64,000 nt of DNA, from NCBI GenBank assembly GCA_049967655.1, contig JBMFSH010000004.1, positions 25,193-89,192 on the forward strand. Direction: 5' to 3'. Source of the stretch: Acidobacteriota bacterium (GTDB lineage Bacteria > Acidobacteriota > UBA4820 > DSQY01). A program made the position numbers and the translations under genes. The notes beneath the pieces were generated by a model. That model was given only the letters and a program-made list of their open reading frames with translations. It was not told where the DNA came from and did not search any database. This document shows positions 47,928 to 59,222 of the stretch, piece after piece (the stretch's first letter is position 1; each line of letters starts with the position of its first letter).

Positions 47928-48057
47928 ACGGGAAAAGGGGCTGAACCCGCCCCGCACCCCCTGCCCCCATGCCGGGGGCGAGGCGATCGAGGTCATCTCC
48001 CCCTCCTTCTTGTGTACCCCTTGAATTCCGCTTTCTGTTTCCCGCCTTCCAGCCCAG

Positions 48058-48087
48058 AAAAAAGGGCCCCGGAAAAGCCCGGGGCCC
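48058..48087 (-). terminator. Terminator of the second receptor gene
   Basis: GGGCCCCGG/CCGGGGCCC stem with A6 on + strand. Confidence 0.8.
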
Positions 48088-48117
48088 CGATGAAACGGCC
48101 TGGCAGAAGACGGGGGG

Positions 48118-50946
48118 TCAGAAGCTCACTTTGACGCCCACCCGAGCGTACCGCGGTGCCTGGCGGGCCGTGGTTTTGCCCCAGTTGGGATCGGGGGTGA
48201 GGTTGCCGGAGAGGACGTCGGAGACGTAATTGGGAGTGATGTAAGCCGTCGAATAGTAGCCCGTTTGCCACTGGTTGTTGGTGAGGTTGAAGATATCGGC
48301 AAAGAGGGCAAATTCCGTGCTCCACACTTTGAAGTCGTACTCGGCGTGTACGTCCAGGGTCCAGGTGCTGGGCATCCTGGTGGCCGAAGTCCGGGGCTGC
48401 ATCATGAGCGTGCCGTAGCCGTACTGCTCCAGCTGGGGATAGGCCATGAGCTTGTACATGGGCCGGCCGGACTGGAAGTTGAAGTTGGCGCCGAGTATCA
48501 GCCCGAAGTCGAACCGGTAGGCACCCTGGACTTTGATCACGTGAGGTCGGTCGCCAGCCAGAGGGCCGTACTGGTTTCTCCACAGCAGGCTTGACGGCAC
48601 GTCGTAAAGCGGCGTCACGTTGGTGTTGCCGCCGGGCGAGTTGTAGCCGTAGACGTCGTTATCGTAGTTGCCGTAGAGCTCGGAGTAGGTGTAGCTGGCG
48701 TTCATCCACCAGCGGTTGGCGAACCGTCGGTTCAGGGTGAGCGTGAGGGCGTCGTAGTGACGGATGGGCCGCGGCGGCTTGGCGTACGTGGAGCCGAGGG
48801 CCGCCTGCCACGTCTGCTCCAGGGACGGCCAGTAACTGGTGCCGGGATTCATCAGGATGTACCCATACCCGCCGTTCGGAAGGATGTAGCCCACGTCTTC
48901 CAGGATCCGGCCCACGTCCCTGTAGGTGTAACGGACGTCGAAGGTCAGGTCGGGCTTGAGTTCATAGGAGTTGCCGACGATGAACTCGTTCGTATACTGC
49001 GGAGCCAGCCCGGGCTCAACGAGGTCGGCGAGATTGCCCGAAAGGTTGGTGTAGTCGTGTTTGGTGCCGTAGTGGCTGTAGCGTGCCACGTAGGAGCCGT
49101 GGCCCGGGTCAAGGGCCGAGGTGAAGGCGCCGGGCGGGCGGTCGTAGTACTGGCCGAAGAAGGCGTAGAACTTGGACTTACCGTTCTTCGCCCAGTCCCA
49201 CGCGATGTGGATGCGGGGGGACCAGGAATCGAGGCTGAGGGTCTGGCCCGCGCCCGGCACCATTTCGTTCTTCTCGTAGCGCACGCCGGCCTTGATGTTG
49301 AAGAAGTCCGTCACGCTCCAGCTGTCCTGAATAAACCCGGCGTAGTAGCGGGTGCGCTCGTCGGTGCGGGGGTTCTGACTCCAGACGTACCACTGGTAGT
49401 AGTAGTCATTGATGTTCGGGGAGGCAGGGTTGGCGCTGTGCAGGTTGTAGAGAACCTCGACGAATTGGCCTCCACTGTAGTCCTGGAAGGTGATGGAGCG
49501 GGCCCATTCGCCTTCGCCGCCGAATTTGATCTCGTGTTTGCCGACGAGCCAGGTGACCTTGATCTGGGCTTGCCGCGTGGTCCGGTCGTTCATACTGAAC
49601 GTGCTCTGGCTGCCGCGGCTCAGGTAGAGGCCCGTGTTGTAATCGAAGCTCTCCACCGTGCGGTAGGCCAGGTCGGAGGTATCCCAGGGCTGGACCTGCA
49701 GGCTCTTGTCGTTATAACCGAGGGTTGTCTCCATGAAGATCTTGGGGGTCCAGGTGGCGTACCAGCGCAGCACCGTGTTGTAGCCCCCTTGGTAGCGGCG
49801 GTTCATGCGCGACTCATCGTAGAGGGCCGGCGTATAGGGTCCCTCCGAGTCCCACATGCGGGCCGGATCGGCGAAGATCGCCAGCTCGAGGTTGTGTTTG
49901 TCGTTGACCCGGTAGTTGAACTTGGTCGCCCAGGTCCAGGTTCGGCGGTAGTCGTCGTACTTGTAAGGGACGGAGATCTGGGAACCGACGTCCGGCCGGT
50001 AGCCGTTCACATTGGTGGCGATCTGCACGCCCTCGTAGTGGACGCTGTTGACCACCGGGTTATAACCCACGAAGAACCAGAACCGGTCCTTCACGATGGG
50101 GCCGCCCACGTCGAAGCCGTAGTCGTAGCGGTGGAAAGGTGTCGGTTTGGTCACCGCGAGGTCCGTGGAGTGGGCGTTGGCGCTCATGGAGTCATTCGTG
50201 TAGTACCCGAAGATCTCCCCGTGGAATTCGTTGGTACCGCTCTTGGTGAGGACGTTGAAGAGCCCGCCGCTCGTGCCGCTGTACTCCGCGCTGAGGCCGC
50301 CCGTGTCGATTTCCATCTCGCGGACGAAGTTGAAGTTGAGGTTGCTCCCGAAGGTTCCCGTGACCGGGTCGGTGGTATTGAGGCCGTTGACCACCCACTG
50401 GTTCGAGGTGCTGTTCCCGCCGGCCACGGCGGGGTTCCCGCCGGCGCCCGAGGGCATGACTTGAGGCGCGAGCAAGAGCGCGTCCTGGTAGGATCGCCCC
50501 ACGGGGATAGTGCTCAATTCCTGTTGAGTGATCTGAGTGGAAACCTTGCCCTCTTTCAGGGTGATCGAAGGCGCTTGCGCCGTGACCTGGATCTCCGTGC
50601 CCCCGGCGGCCAGGGTGATCTGCATCGTGGTGGTGGAGCCCAGGTTTACGGTGATGTTGGATTGAATGACCTTGTTGAATCCTTCGGCCTCGGCCTTGAC
50701 CCGGTAGTCGTTGGCCGGGGGAAGATAGGGAATGACGAAGTCCCCATTTACATCGGTGGCCGTACCACGTTCCCCTTGTAGGTAATTCGAGGTGACGGTG
50801 ACGGTGGCGCCCGGTATGGGTTGCCCCTTCTCGTCCTGCACCTTCCCCGACAATGAGCCCGTGGTGGCGCCCTGGCCCCACACCGTGCTCGTCAGTAGCA
50901 CGGCTGAAAGGGCCAGAACCATCGTTAACCCACTCCTCCAGTTCAT
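48118..50946 (-). CDS. TonB-dependent receptor, Oar-like (second paralog)
   Basis: Signal peptide, GKVQDEKGQPIPGATV, SAEYSG...TKSGTNEFHG, C-terminal RVGVKVSF. Confidence 0.9.
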   Translation of the reverse strand: MNWRSGLTMVLALSAVLLTSTVWGQGATTGSLSGKVQDEKGQPIPGATVTVTSNYLQGERGTATDVNGDFVIPYLPPANDYRVKAEAEGFNKVIQSNITVNLGSTTTMQITLAAGGTEIQVTAQAPSITLKEGKVSTQITQQELSTIPVGRSYQDALLLAPQVMPSGAGGNPAVAGGNSTSNQWVVNGLNTTDPVTGTFGSNLNFNFVREMEIDTGGLSAEYSGTSGGLFNVLTKSGTNEFHGEIFGYYTNDSMSANAHSTDLAVTKPTPFHRYDYGFDVGGPIVKDRFWFFVGYNPVVNSVHYEGVQIATNVNGYRPDVGSQISVPYKYDDYRRTWTWATKFNYRVNDKHNLELAIFADPARMWDSEGPYTPALYDESRMNRRYQGGYNTVLRWYATWTPKIFMETTLGYNDKSLQVQPWDTSDLAYRTVESFDYNTGLYLSRGSQSTFSMNDRTTRQAQIKVTWLVGKHEIKFGGEGEWARSITFQDYSGGQFVEVLYNLHSANPASPNINDYYYQWYVWSQNPRTDERTRYYAGFIQDSWSVTDFFNIKAGVRYEKNEMVPGAGQTLSLDSWSPRIHIAWDWAKNGKSKFYAFFGQYYDRPPGAFTSALDPGHGSYVARYSHYGTKHDYTNLSGNLADLVEPGLAPQYTNEFIVGNSYELKPDLTFDVRYTYRDVGRILEDVGYILPNGGYGYILMNPGTSYWPSLEQTWQAALGSTYAKPPRPIRHYDALTLTLNRRFANRWWMNASYTYSELYGNYDNDVYGYNSPGGNTNVTPLYDVPSSLLWRNQYGPLAGDRPHVIKVQGAYRFDFGLILGANFNFQSGRPMYKLMAYPQLEQYGYGTLMMQPRTSATRMPSTWTLDVHAEYDFKVWSTEFALFADIFNLTNNQWQTGYYSTAYITPNYVSDVLSGNLTPDPNWGKTTARQAPRYARVGVKVSF

Positions 50947-51125
50947 CCATACCTCCTTTCCAAGAAACTCTACGGCAACCTTGGAGTCTCCCCCTTCCAC
51001 GGAGAAACCCCTACACTCCATCGATGCCAGACCGATGGGAGCCCTACCAGGATGTGATCAAGGGACCCACGGAGAATCCGTGGCCCCTCCCCAAAGCTAA
51101 TCTTCTCGGCCTCGACGGGGGCTTG

Positions 51126-52403
51126 TCAACCCCCCAACGTGCCGAGCCCCCCGCAGTAGGGCCTGAGCACCGGCGGCAGCGCCACCGACCCGTCGGCCCT
51201 CTGGTACTGCTCCAGGACGGCCACCAGGGTCCGGCCCACGGCGAGGCCCGATCCGTTCAGCGTGTGGACGAAACGGGGCCTCCCGCCCCCCTCCGGCCGG
51301 TAGCGGATGTTCGCACGCCTCGCCTGGAACTCCTCGAAATTGGAACAGGAGCTGATCTCCCGGAAGCGCCCCTGGGAGGGCAGCCAGACCTCCAGGTCGT
51401 GGGTCTTGGCCGAGGAAAAGGACATGTCCCCGGTGCAGAGCGTGACCCGGCGGTAGTGGAGGCCGAGCGCCTCCAGCACGGCCTCGGCATCCCTCGTGAG
51501 CCCCTCCAGCTCCTCGTAGGAGTGCTCCGGATGGGCGAATTTCACCAGCTCCACCTTGTGAAACTGGTGCTGGCGGATCATCCCCTTGGTGTCCTTGCCG
51601 TAGGAGCCCGCCTCCGAGCGGAAGCAGGGCGTGAAGGCGCAGTACTTCACGGGGAGCTGGGCCTCCTCCAGGATCTCGTCCCGATGCAGGTTGGTGACGG
51701 GCACCTCGGCGGTGGGGATGAGGTAGAACTCCCCGCCGTCCACCTTGAAGAGCTCCTGCTCGAACTTGGGGAGATTGCCCGTCCCTTCCAGGGCGGCGGC
51801 CTTCACGAGGTAGGGCGGAAGCACCTCGGTGTAGCCGTGCCGCGAGGTGTGCAGGTCGAGCATGAAGCTGATGAGGGCGCGCTCGAGCATGGCCCCGGCG
51901 CCCCGGTAGACCACGAACCGCGCCCCGCTGATCTTGGCCGCGCGCTCGAAGTCCAGGATACCCAGGGCCGTGCCGATCTCGTCGTGGGCCTTCGGCTCGA
52001 AATCAAGGCGCGGAGGCTCCCCCCAGACCTTCTCCACGCGGTTGGCCGATTCGTCGGGGCCGTCGGGGACGGAGGCGTGGGGGAGATTGGGGATCCGGAG
52101 CATGAGGGACCGGATCTCCGCGCCCAGGGAGGCGACCTCCTGATCCATGGCCTGGACTCGGTCTCCCACGGCCCGCATCTCGGCCTGCAGCGCCGCCGTG
52201 TCCCCGCCCCCCCGCTTGAGGGACCCTATCTGCTTGCTGACCTCGTTTTTGCGGGCCTTGAGCGCCTCGGTGGCGGCGATGGTCGTCCGCCTGCGCTCGT
52301 CCAGGCTCTGGACGCGGTCCACCTCACCCGGATCGGCGCCCTTACGGCGCAACCCGGCCTTGACCGCCTCCGGCTCCGAGCGAAGCCTGCCGATGTCCAA
52401 CAC
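51126..52403 (-). CDS. serS: Serine--tRNA ligase
   Basis: LIPTAEVP, FRSEAGSYG, RQHQFHKVE, REISSCSN, HTLNGSGLAVGR. Confidence 0.98.
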   Translation of the reverse strand: MLDIGRLRSEPEAVKAGLRRKGADPGEVDRVQSLDERRRTTIAATEALKARKNEVSKQIGSLKRGGGDTAALQAEMRAVGDRVQAMDQEVASLGAEIRSLMLRIPNLPHASVPDGPDESANRVEKVWGEPPRLDFEPKAHDEIGTALGILDFERAAKISGARFVVYRGAGAMLERALISFMLDLHTSRHGYTEVLPPYLVKAAALEGTGNLPKFEQELFKVDGGEFYLIPTAEVPVTNLHRDEILEEAQLPVKYCAFTPCFRSEAGSYGKDTKGMIRQHQFHKVELVKFAHPEHSYEELEGLTRDAEAVLEALGLHYRRVTLCTGDMSFSSAKTHDLEVWLPSQGRFREISSCSNFEEFQARRANIRYRPEGGGRPRFVHTLNGSGLAVGRTLVAVLEQYQRADGSVALPPVLRPYCGGLGTLGG

Positions 52404-52404
52404 G

Positions 52405-53322
52405 TCAGCGCCTCTGTCCCAACAGCTGGATGCCCTCCAGCACCGCGCGGCGCGTGCTCTCGGGGTCGGCCTTGCCGCTCCCCGCGATGTCGAAGGCCGG
52501 GCCGTGGTCCGGCGAGGTGCGCAGGAAAGGCAGGCCCAGCGTGCAGTTGACGGCGTGCCCCTGGCTCATCATCTTGGCGCCGATCATGCCCTGGTCGTGG
52601 TAGAGCGCCACGGCCACCGTATCGGGCCCGTCGGGGTGCAGGAACAGACTGTCCGCGGGGATGGGGCCCTCCACCTCGATGCCCTCGGTGAGGAGCGTCT
52701 CGATGGCCGGCTCGATGATCTCCCTCTCCTCCACGCCCAGCAGTCCGCCCTCGCCGGCGTGCGGGTTCAGGCCCGCCACCCGGAACCGGGGATGGCTGTT
52801 GAGCTGCCGGGTCCAGGCCGTGGACAGGCCCCTGATGTACTCCTCCAGCGACGTCTTGGTGATGGCCTCGGCGATCTCCCTGAAGGGCAGGTGCATAGAA
52901 AAGAGCGCCACCGGCATGGAGCCCGTCAGGAAGATCATGTAGGGTTTGGTCTGGAAGACCTGACCGAAGTATTCCGTGTGGCCGGTGAAGGGGATTCCGC
53001 ACCGCCGAATGGCCTCTTTGGAGGCCGGGCCGGTCACCAGAAGGTCCGCCTCGTTCCGCCCCATCCTGCGGCACGCCTCCTCGAGCGTGAGGAGAGTCAC
53101 CCGGCCGTTGTCGGGGTGGGGGCGCTTGTGAAAACGCAGCGTCGGAAGGTCCACGTCGTCCCACCGAACTCCCTCGGGGACGCTCTCCACCGCTCGTCGC
53201 GGACCGATCACCGTGATCTCGGCGGCAGCCTGGAGTTCGCCGCTCTGAAGAACGGACCGGAGAATTTCCGGTCCGACCCCGCCCGGATCACCAGTGGTCA
53301 TGAGGACTCTTGGAAGACTCAT
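52405..53322 (-). CDS. pdxA: 4-hydroxythreonine-4-phosphate dehydrogenase PdxA family
   Basis: [36 protein letters not shown]. Confidence 0.92.
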   Translation of the reverse strand: MSLPRVLMTTGDPGGVGPEILRSVLQSGELQAAAEITVIGPRRAVESVPEGVRWDDVDLPTLRFHKRPHPDNGRVTLLTLEEACRRMGRNEADLLVTGPASKEAIRRCGIPFTGHTEYFGQVFQTKPYMIFLTGSMPVALFSMHLPFREIAEAITKTSLEEYIRGLSTAWTRQLNSHPRFRVAGLNPHAGEGGLLGVEEREIIEPAIETLLTEGIEVEGPIPADSLFLHPDGPDTVAVALYHDQGMIGAKMMSQGHAVNCTLGLPFLRTSPDHGPAFDIAGSGKADPESTRRAVLEGIQLLGQRR

Positions 53323-53663
53323 GCCTCGCGCTCCTTGAAGAGGTACTTGATGCTGTGCTTGTAGACGAGCAGGTTGGGTTCGTTCAGCCGGTGCACCTTG
53401 ATGCAATCCCGGTCGTACCACTCGATCCAGCCCCTCAGCTCCTCCCCGTCGGTCAGGACGATGATCATGGGGGTCTTGCTGCCCATCTGTTTCAGGTAGT
53501 AGAAGTTCTCGGCGTTGGTCTGCTCGGGCGGCACCTGTTTGCGGCGGGCGGGCACGAAGGCGCCGGAGGCCGGGGCCGGCTCCTCCTCTTTCTCCTCGCG
53601 GGGCTCCCGCCGGGCGGTCTTATAGTCACGCAGATTGGGACGGATGAGCTTGCGGTCTGGCAT
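53319..53663 (-). CDS. hfq: Hfq-like (Sm-fold) RNA chaperone with N-terminal extension
   Basis: [17 protein letters not shown] (Sm1) and [10 protein letters not shown] (Sm2 YKH). Confidence 0.78.
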   Translation of the reverse strand: MPDRKLIRPNLRDYKTARREPREEKEEEPAPASGAFVPARRKQVPPEQTNAENFYYLKQMGSKTPMIIVLTDGEELRGWIEWYDRDCIKVHRLNEPNLLVYKHSIKYLFKEREA

Positions 53664-53681
53664 GGGAGGCTCCTTGCCGCG

Positions 53682-54350
53682 CTATTCTTCGGCAGGCGAT
53701 GGCGTGGGGCCCTTCTTGCGCGCCGGACATTCGTAGCGGAGGCAGCACATGAGCCGGCCGCATCGGCCGGAGATCTTCACGGGATTCAGGCTCAGACCCT
53801 GCTCCTTGGCCAGCCTGATCGTGATGGGATAGAACTGCTGGAGGTGGGCGGTGCAGCAGAGGGGCTGCCCGCAGTGGCCGTAGCCGCCCAGGCTCTTGGC
53901 CTCGTCGCGGACCCCCACCTGGCGCATTTCGATTCGCATCCGGTATTGGTGGGCCAGGATCCGGACCAGCTCCCGGAAATCCACGCGGTTTTCCGACGTG
54001 TAGACAAAAAGCAGGCGGCTCTCGTCGAAGAACACGTGGGCGTAGACGAGCTTCATCTCCAGGCGCAGGGTTCGGGCCTGGTCCCGGCAGAAGAGGAAGG
54101 CTTCGCGTTCGAGCTGGCGGTGGCGCTGGCGCCGTTTGATGTCCTCCTCCGTGGCCACGCGGACGAAGGGGACCACCTGCTCGCTCGTGAGGTAATCGCG
54201 AAGGAACCCCCTGGCCTCCAGCACCTCCGCGAAGGCGGCGCCCTGTTCGGTCTGAACGACGCAGGCCGAGGGCCGCAGAATGGGAGGGCCGTCCCACTGC
54301 GCATAACACGGCCTGGCTTGGTTCTCGATCTGGACCTGGTAGAGGCTCAT
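53682..54350 (-). CDS. ricT: PSP1/RicT (YaaT) family Fe-S regulatory subunit
   Basis: RVDFRELVR, IEMRQVGVRDEAK, GHCGQPLCC, ISGRCGRLMCCLRYE. Confidence 0.88.
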   Translation of the reverse strand: MSLYQVQIENQARPCYAQWDGPPILRPSACVVQTEQGAAFAEVLEARGFLRDYLTSEQVVPFVRVATEEDIKRRQRHRQLEREAFLFCRDQARTLRLEMKLVYAHVFFDESRLLFVYTSENRVDFRELVRILAHQYRMRIEMRQVGVRDEAKSLGGYGHCGQPLCCTAHLQQFYPITIRLAKEQGLSLNPVKISGRCGRLMCCLRYECPARKKGPTPSPAEE

Positions 54351-54552
54351 GGGTGGATCCACCCCCTCCGTCTAAGGGCGTACGATAGGGCACCGGCGCT
54401 CCCAAAGTCAAGGTTGTGCGGGACCAAGCCGGGAGTTCTGGCCAGCACCCCCGGTGCCCTGCCCCTCTAGCGCCGGCCGGCCGGATGGGGGGGGGGCGAA
54501 AAGATGGGCATATCCCCCACCGCCCGTCCCGCCTTCTCCCGCGGGTTTTCCC

Positions 54553-55554
54553 CTACTCTCCTCTCTTGGCCTTGCCCCGGCGGGCGGTCGCGGGCTGCGG
54601 CGGGGGCGTTTCGAGAAAAGCCCCCATGGTCCGGAACTTCTCGTAGCGCCTGGCGAGGAGGGCCTCTCCGTCCATCGCCGCGAGCTCCTCCAACTGCTCC
54701 GCCCACAGGGCGCCCAGCCGATCGTAGACCTCCTGGGGAGCCACGTGGGCCCCGCCGAGCGGCTCCTCCACCACCCGGTCGATGAGCCCGAACTCCAGGA
54801 GATCGGGAGCGGTGAGCTTGAGAGCCGCCGCCGCGGTCTCGGCCTGAGTGGCGTCCTTCCAGAGGATCGCGGCACAGCCCTCGGGCGAGATGACGGAGTA
54901 GATCGAATGCTGGAGCATGTTGATCCGGTCGCCGATGCCGAGGGCCAGGGCGCCGCCGCTGCCCCCTTCCCCGGTCACCGTCACGAGGATGGGGACGCGG
55001 AGCCTCGACATGACCTCCAGGTTGACGGCGATGGCCTCCGCCTGGCCCCGCTCCTCGGCGTCCATGCCCGGATAGGCGCCTGGCGTGTCGATGAGCGTGA
55101 GGATGGGCAAGCGGAACCGCTCGGCCATCCGCATGATCCTCAGCGCCTTTCGATAGCCGTCGGGCCTCGGCATGCCGAAGTTCCGGTAGATCTTCTGCTT
55201 CGTGTCTCGGCCCTTCTGGTGGCCCACCACGCAGACGGGACGGCCCCGGAAGCGCCCGAACCCGGCGATGATGGCGGGATCGTCGGAGAAGCAGCGGTCT
55301 CCGTGGAGCTCCACGAAATCGGTGATGAGGGCCTGGAGGTAGTCCTGGGTGTAGGGGCGCTGCGGATGCCTAGCTATCTGCACCACCTGCCACGGGGTCA
55401 GATTGGAAAAGACCTCCTTGCGGACCTTCTCAAGCTTCTTCTGGAGGGCGGCCAGCTCCTTCTCTTTGCCGTGCCCCTCCCCGAAGAGCATCAGACTCTC
55501 GATCTGGGCTTCAAGCTCCAGGATGGGCCGTTCGAAGTCGCGGGCGTCCTTCAT
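54553..55554 (-). CDS. accA: Acetyl-CoA carboxylase carboxyltransferase alpha
   Basis: [36 protein letters not shown]. Confidence 0.96.
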   Translation of the reverse strand: MKDARDFERPILELEAQIESLMLFGEGHGKEKELAALQKKLEKVRKEVFSNLTPWQVVQIARHPQRPYTQDYLQALITDFVELHGDRCFSDDPAIIAGFGRFRGRPVCVVGHQKGRDTKQKIYRNFGMPRPDGYRKALRIMRMAERFRLPILTLIDTPGAYPGMDAEERGQAEAIAVNLEVMSRLRVPILVTVTGEGGSGGALALGIGDRINMLQHSIYSVISPEGCAAILWKDATQAETAAAALKLTAPDLLEFGLIDRVVEEPLGGAHVAPQEVYDRLGALWAEQLEELAAMDGEALLARRYEKFRTMGAFLETPPPQPATARRGKAKRGE

Positions 55555-58500
55555 GCTCTCCTCTCCCTGCCCTTGCCGTTCGCGGGGCGGAACAGGTACT
55601 GCACCCTTCCTCTCCCGAGGGCCGCCTCCAAATCCGCCAGCAGGCCCGCGCCCGCCGAGACCTGGCATAGGTTGCCCAGGAGGAGGCGCGTCACCGCCCG
55701 GCCCGGCTCCACCACGTCCATGTAGACGGGCAGCTTGCCCTTGTGGCGCCCCAGCAAGCCCTCCAGCTCCAAGAGCCAGTCCTCCTCGCAGAGGGTAGAG
55801 GGAACGCGCACCAGGAGCCCCACCGCCTTCGGTTCCAGCTCGGCGTCGGCCTGGTCCAAGGGTACCACGGCGGTGGCGATGACCTTTACCTTCTGCTCCT
55901 CCCGCGTGGCCCGGCCCACCACCAGGAGCGGCCGGTCCTTCACGACCCGCTCGTGGTAGGCCTGGAAGGTGTCGGAGAAGAGGAGCACCTCCGCCCTGGC
56001 CTCCAGGTCTTCGATCGTCGCCAGCCCGTACATTTCCCCCTTGCTCTTGCTTTTCCGCTGGTGCCAGGCGCTGACGACCCCTCCCACCGTGACCTCCGTG
56101 GGCTCCGAGATGGTGGAGAGCTCCGACAGGCTGTGTGAAGCGTACCGCCGCAGCACCTCCTCCTGCTCCATGAGGGGATGTCCGGAGAGGTAGAACCCAA
56201 GGCTCTCCTTCTCCCGGCTGAATTTCTCCATGTCCCGCCAAGGCTCACCCTTGACGTAGGCCTCGGCCTGGGGCGAGGCCTCCTCCTCGCCGAAGAGGCC
56301 AGCCTGCCCGCGGGCCTTGTCGGTCTGGGACCGCGCCGCGCCGGACATGGCGGCCTCGATGGAGGCGAAGAGGTCCCACCGGGGGACGTTGAAGCAGTCC
56401 ATGGCCCCCGACTGGATCAGGTTTTCCAGCACGCGCTTGTTCACGTGGAACCGGTCCACCTCCCGGCAGAACTGGAAGAGGTCCGCGAAGGAGCCCACCC
56501 GCCGCCGGGCCTCCAGGATCGCCTCCACAGAGGAGAGCCCCACGTTCTTGATGGCCGAGAGGCCGTAGCGGATCGCCTCGCCTTCGATGCTAAAGCTCTC
56601 CTCGCTCCGGTTCACGTCCGGCGGCAGGAGCCGGATCCCCATCTCCCGGCTGGAATTCATGTACTTGAGGATCTCGTCCGTGTTCTCGGCCCAGGCCGAG
56701 AGCATGGCGGCCATGAAGTGGATGGGGAAGTGGGCCTTGAGGAAGGCCGTTTGGAAGGCCACGAGGGCGTACGCCGCCGAGTGGGACTTGTTGAAGCCGT
56801 AGCGCCCGAAAGTCTCCATGTTGTCGAAGAGCTCGGAGGCTTTCCGGGGATCCACCTGGCGTTCCTTGCAGCCCGCGAGGAACAGCTCGCGCTGGTGCTG
56901 CATGGCCGCCGAGTCCTTCTTGGACATGGCCTTGCGCAGGGTGTCGGCCTGGCCCAGGGTGAAGCCCGCCAGGCGGTGCGCGATGAGCATCACCTGCTCC
57001 TGGTAGACGATCACTCCGAGGGTCTCCTTCAGGATGGGCTCCACCTCGGGCACCGGGTAGGTGACCTTGTTCCGCCCGTGGGCGCGGGCGATGTACTCGG
57101 TGATCATGCCCGCGTCGAGGGGGCCCGGACGGTAGAGGGCGTTGAGCACGATGAGGTCCTCGAAACGCTGCGGCTTCAGGCGCCTGAGGATGTCCTTCAT
57201 ACCGCCGGATTCGAACTGGAACACCCCGTCCGTGTCTCCCCGGCCGAAGAGATCGAGGGTGGCCTTGTCGTCAAGCGGGACGGCGGCGAGATCGGGCGGT
57301 TCCTGACCCGACCGGCGGATGAGCTGCAGGGCGTCGTCGAGGATCGTGAGGGTGCGCAGGCCGAGGAAGTCCATCTTGAGGAGCCCCAGGGCCTCGATCT
57401 CGTCCTTGCTGTACTGGGTGGTGATGTCCTCCTTCCCTCCGCTTCCCCGGTGCAGCGGAAGGAACTCGGTGATGGGCCTGGGGGCGATCACCACTCCGGC
57501 GGCGTGGGTCGAGGCGTGCCGCGTGAGCCCCTCCAGGCGCTCGGCGATCTGAAGCACCTCCCGAACCTCGGCGTCCGTCTCGTGGAGGCTCTTGAGCTGG
57601 GGCGACAGCTTGAGGGCTCCCTCGATGGTGACCCCGAGCTCCTCCGGCACGAGCTTGGCCACCCGGTCCACCTTGTCCAGGGGGACGGCCAGGGCCCGGC
57701 CCACGTCCCGGATGGCTAGGCGCGCCTTCATCTCTCCGAAGGTGATGATCTGGGCCACGTTCTCCCGGCCGTACTTCTCGGTGACGTACTCGATGACCTG
57801 CCCCCTGCCCCGGATGCAGAAGTCGATGTCGATATCGGGCATGGAGATGCGCTCGGGGTTGAGGAAGCGCTCGAAGAGAAGGCCGTATTTCAGGGGGTCG
57901 ATGTCCGTAATGCCCATGCAGTAGGAGACGAAAGAGCCGGCCGCGCTCCCGCGGCCCGGGCCCACCGGAATGCCCCGGTCCTTGGCGTAGCGGATGAAGT
58001 CCCAGACGATCAGGAAGTAGCCCGCCAGATCCATCTTCTGGATCAGATCCAGCTCCCGGTGCAGGCGCTCCTCGTAGTCCTCCCTGGAGTGGGCCCCCGC
58101 CCGGCCGAGAAGCCCCTGGGCCAGCCGCCGCTCGAAGCCTTCGCGGGCCACCTTCATGAAGTACGAGTTGAGGGTCTCCCCCTCCGGGACCCTGAAGACG
58201 GGGTAATGCTTGGAGCCCGTGTCGAAGACGAAGTGGCAGCGCTTGGCGATGGCGAGCGTGTTCTCCAGCGCCTGGGGCAGGTGGCCGAAGCGCTCCCACA
58301 TCTCGGCGGGGCTCTTGAGGTAGTGCTCCGGGCTGTAGGCCATCTTGCCGCTTCGCTCCCGCTCCTCCCGCGTGGTCTTGGTCTGGATGCAGAGGAGGAT
58401 GTTGTGGGCCTCGAAGTCGTCCTTCTTCAGGAAGTGCACGTCGTTGGTGGCCACCAGGGGGATGCCCGTCTCCTGGGACATCTCCACGAGCTGCCGGTTC

Positions 58501-59075
58501 ACCTCGGCCTGCTCGGGCAGCCCCTGGTCCTGCAGCTCGAGGAAGAAGTTCCCCTCCCCGAAGATCTCCCTGAACTCCAGCGCCGATCGGAGGGCCTCCT
58601 CGGGCTTGCCCCTCAGCAGGTTTTGGGGCACCTCGCCGCCCAAACAGGCGGAGAGGCAGATGAGCCCCTCGTGGTGCTCGCGCAGGAGCTCCTTGTCGAT
58701 GCGGGGCTTGTACTGGAACCCTTCGAGGAAGGCGGCCGTGGCCAGCCGGCAGAGGTTGTGGTACCCCTTTTCGTTCTCGCACAGCAGGATGAGGTGGGAA
58801 TAGGGCCGCCTGCCGCCGCCAGAGGCCATGGTGTCCTGGTCGAAGCGGGAGTTGGGCGCCAGGTAGGCCTCACAGCCGATGACCGGCCGGAGGCCGGCCT
58901 TGGAGGCCTTCTTGAAGAATTTCACGGCACCGAAGAGGTTCCCGTGGTCGGTGATGCCCAGGGCCGGCGCCTTCTGCGCCACCGCCTGCTCCACCAGGTC
59001 ATCAAGCCGGCAGGCGCCGTCGAGCAGCGAGTACTGCGTGTGCAGGTGAAGGTGCACGAACGGCCTATCGGTCAT
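55551..59075 (-). CDS. dnaE: DNA polymerase III alpha subunit
   Basis: [47 protein letters not shown]; no intein seen. Confidence 0.98.
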   Translation of the reverse strand: MTDRPFVHLHLHTQYSLLDGACRLDDLVEQAVAQKAPALGITDHGNLFGAVKFFKKASKAGLRPVIGCEAYLAPNSRFDQDTMASGGGRRPYSHLILLCENEKGYHNLCRLATAAFLEGFQYKPRIDKELLREHHEGLICLSACLGGEVPQNLLRGKPEEALRSALEFREIFGEGNFFLELQDQGLPEQAEVNRQLVEMSQETGIPLVATNDVHFLKKDDFEAHNILLCIQTKTTREERERSGKMAYSPEHYLKSPAEMWERFGHLPQALENTLAIAKRCHFVFDTGSKHYPVFRVPEGETLNSYFMKVAREGFERRLAQGLLGRAGAHSREDYEERLHRELDLIQKMDLAGYFLIVWDFIRYAKDRGIPVGPGRGSAAGSFVSYCMGITDIDPLKYGLLFERFLNPERISMPDIDIDFCIRGRGQVIEYVTEKYGRENVAQIITFGEMKARLAIRDVGRALAVPLDKVDRVAKLVPEELGVTIEGALKLSPQLKSLHETDAEVREVLQIAERLEGLTRHASTHAAGVVIAPRPITEFLPLHRGSGGKEDITTQYSKDEIEALGLLKMDFLGLRTLTILDDALQLIRRSGQEPPDLAAVPLDDKATLDLFGRGDTDGVFQFESGGMKDILRRLKPQRFEDLIVLNALYRPGPLDAGMITEYIARAHGRNKVTYPVPEVEPILKETLGVIVYQEQVMLIAHRLAGFTLGQADTLRKAMSKKDSAAMQHQRELFLAGCKERQVDPRKASELFDNMETFGRYGFNKSHSAAYALVAFQTAFLKAHFPIHFMAAMLSAWAENTDEILKYMNSSREMGIRLLPPDVNRSEESFSIEGEAIRYGLSAIKNVGLSSVEAILEARRRVGSFADLFQFCREVDRFHVNKRVLENLIQSGAMDCFNVPRWDLFASIEAAMSGAARSQTDKARGQAGLFGEEEASPQAEAYVKGEPWRDMEKFSREKESLGFYLSGHPLMEQEEVLRRYASHSLSELSTISEPTEVTVGGVVSAWHQRKSKSKGEMYGLATIEDLEARAEVLLFSDTFQAYHERVVKDRPLLVVGRATREEQKVKVIATAVVPLDQADAELEPKAVGLLVRVPSTLCEEDWLLELEGLLGRHKGKLPVYMDVVEPGRAVTRLLLGNLCQVSAGAGLLADLEAALGRGRVQYLFRPANGKGRERRA

Positions 59076-59089
59076 GGCACCCCTTTCGG

Positions 59090-59203
59090 AGAGAGCCGGG
59101 GAACCAGGGAGCCAGAGAGTCAGGGATAAGGACGCGGGGAGGTCTGTGCATTCGTTTTGGGGACGAGGTTCTTCCCTGCTTCCCTGTTTCCCTGCCTCCC
59201 TGT
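59090..59203. repeat. Inverted pair of octamer arrays (AGGGAGCC-type left, TTCCCTGY right)
   Basis: agagagcc ggggaacc agggagcc agagagtc ... ttccctgc ttccctgt ttccctgc ctccctgt. Confidence 0.78.
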
Positions 59204-59222
59204 GTCTGTCGCAACGAGGCAC

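Noticed and set aside
51015..51030. Sigma-54 promoter upstream of the second TonB receptor (minus strand TGGCATCGATGGAGT)
   Set aside because: The -24 half matches but the -12 GC is absent.
44357..51125. Genomic island or prophage integrated at the tRNA cluster
   Set aside because: The region is on the 5' side of the tRNAs, with no integrase, phage genes or distal tRNA-end duplication seen.
51126..52403. serS as evidence for a selenocysteine locus
   Set aside because: SerRS is universal and 43 kb away; no selA, selB, selD or tRNA-Sec is visible in this window.
55551..59075. Intein in dnaE, or the RpoB/RpoC inserts being inteins
   Set aside because: DnaE has normal length; the RNAP inserts are short and lack C/S-start, HN-end and LAGLIDADG motifs.
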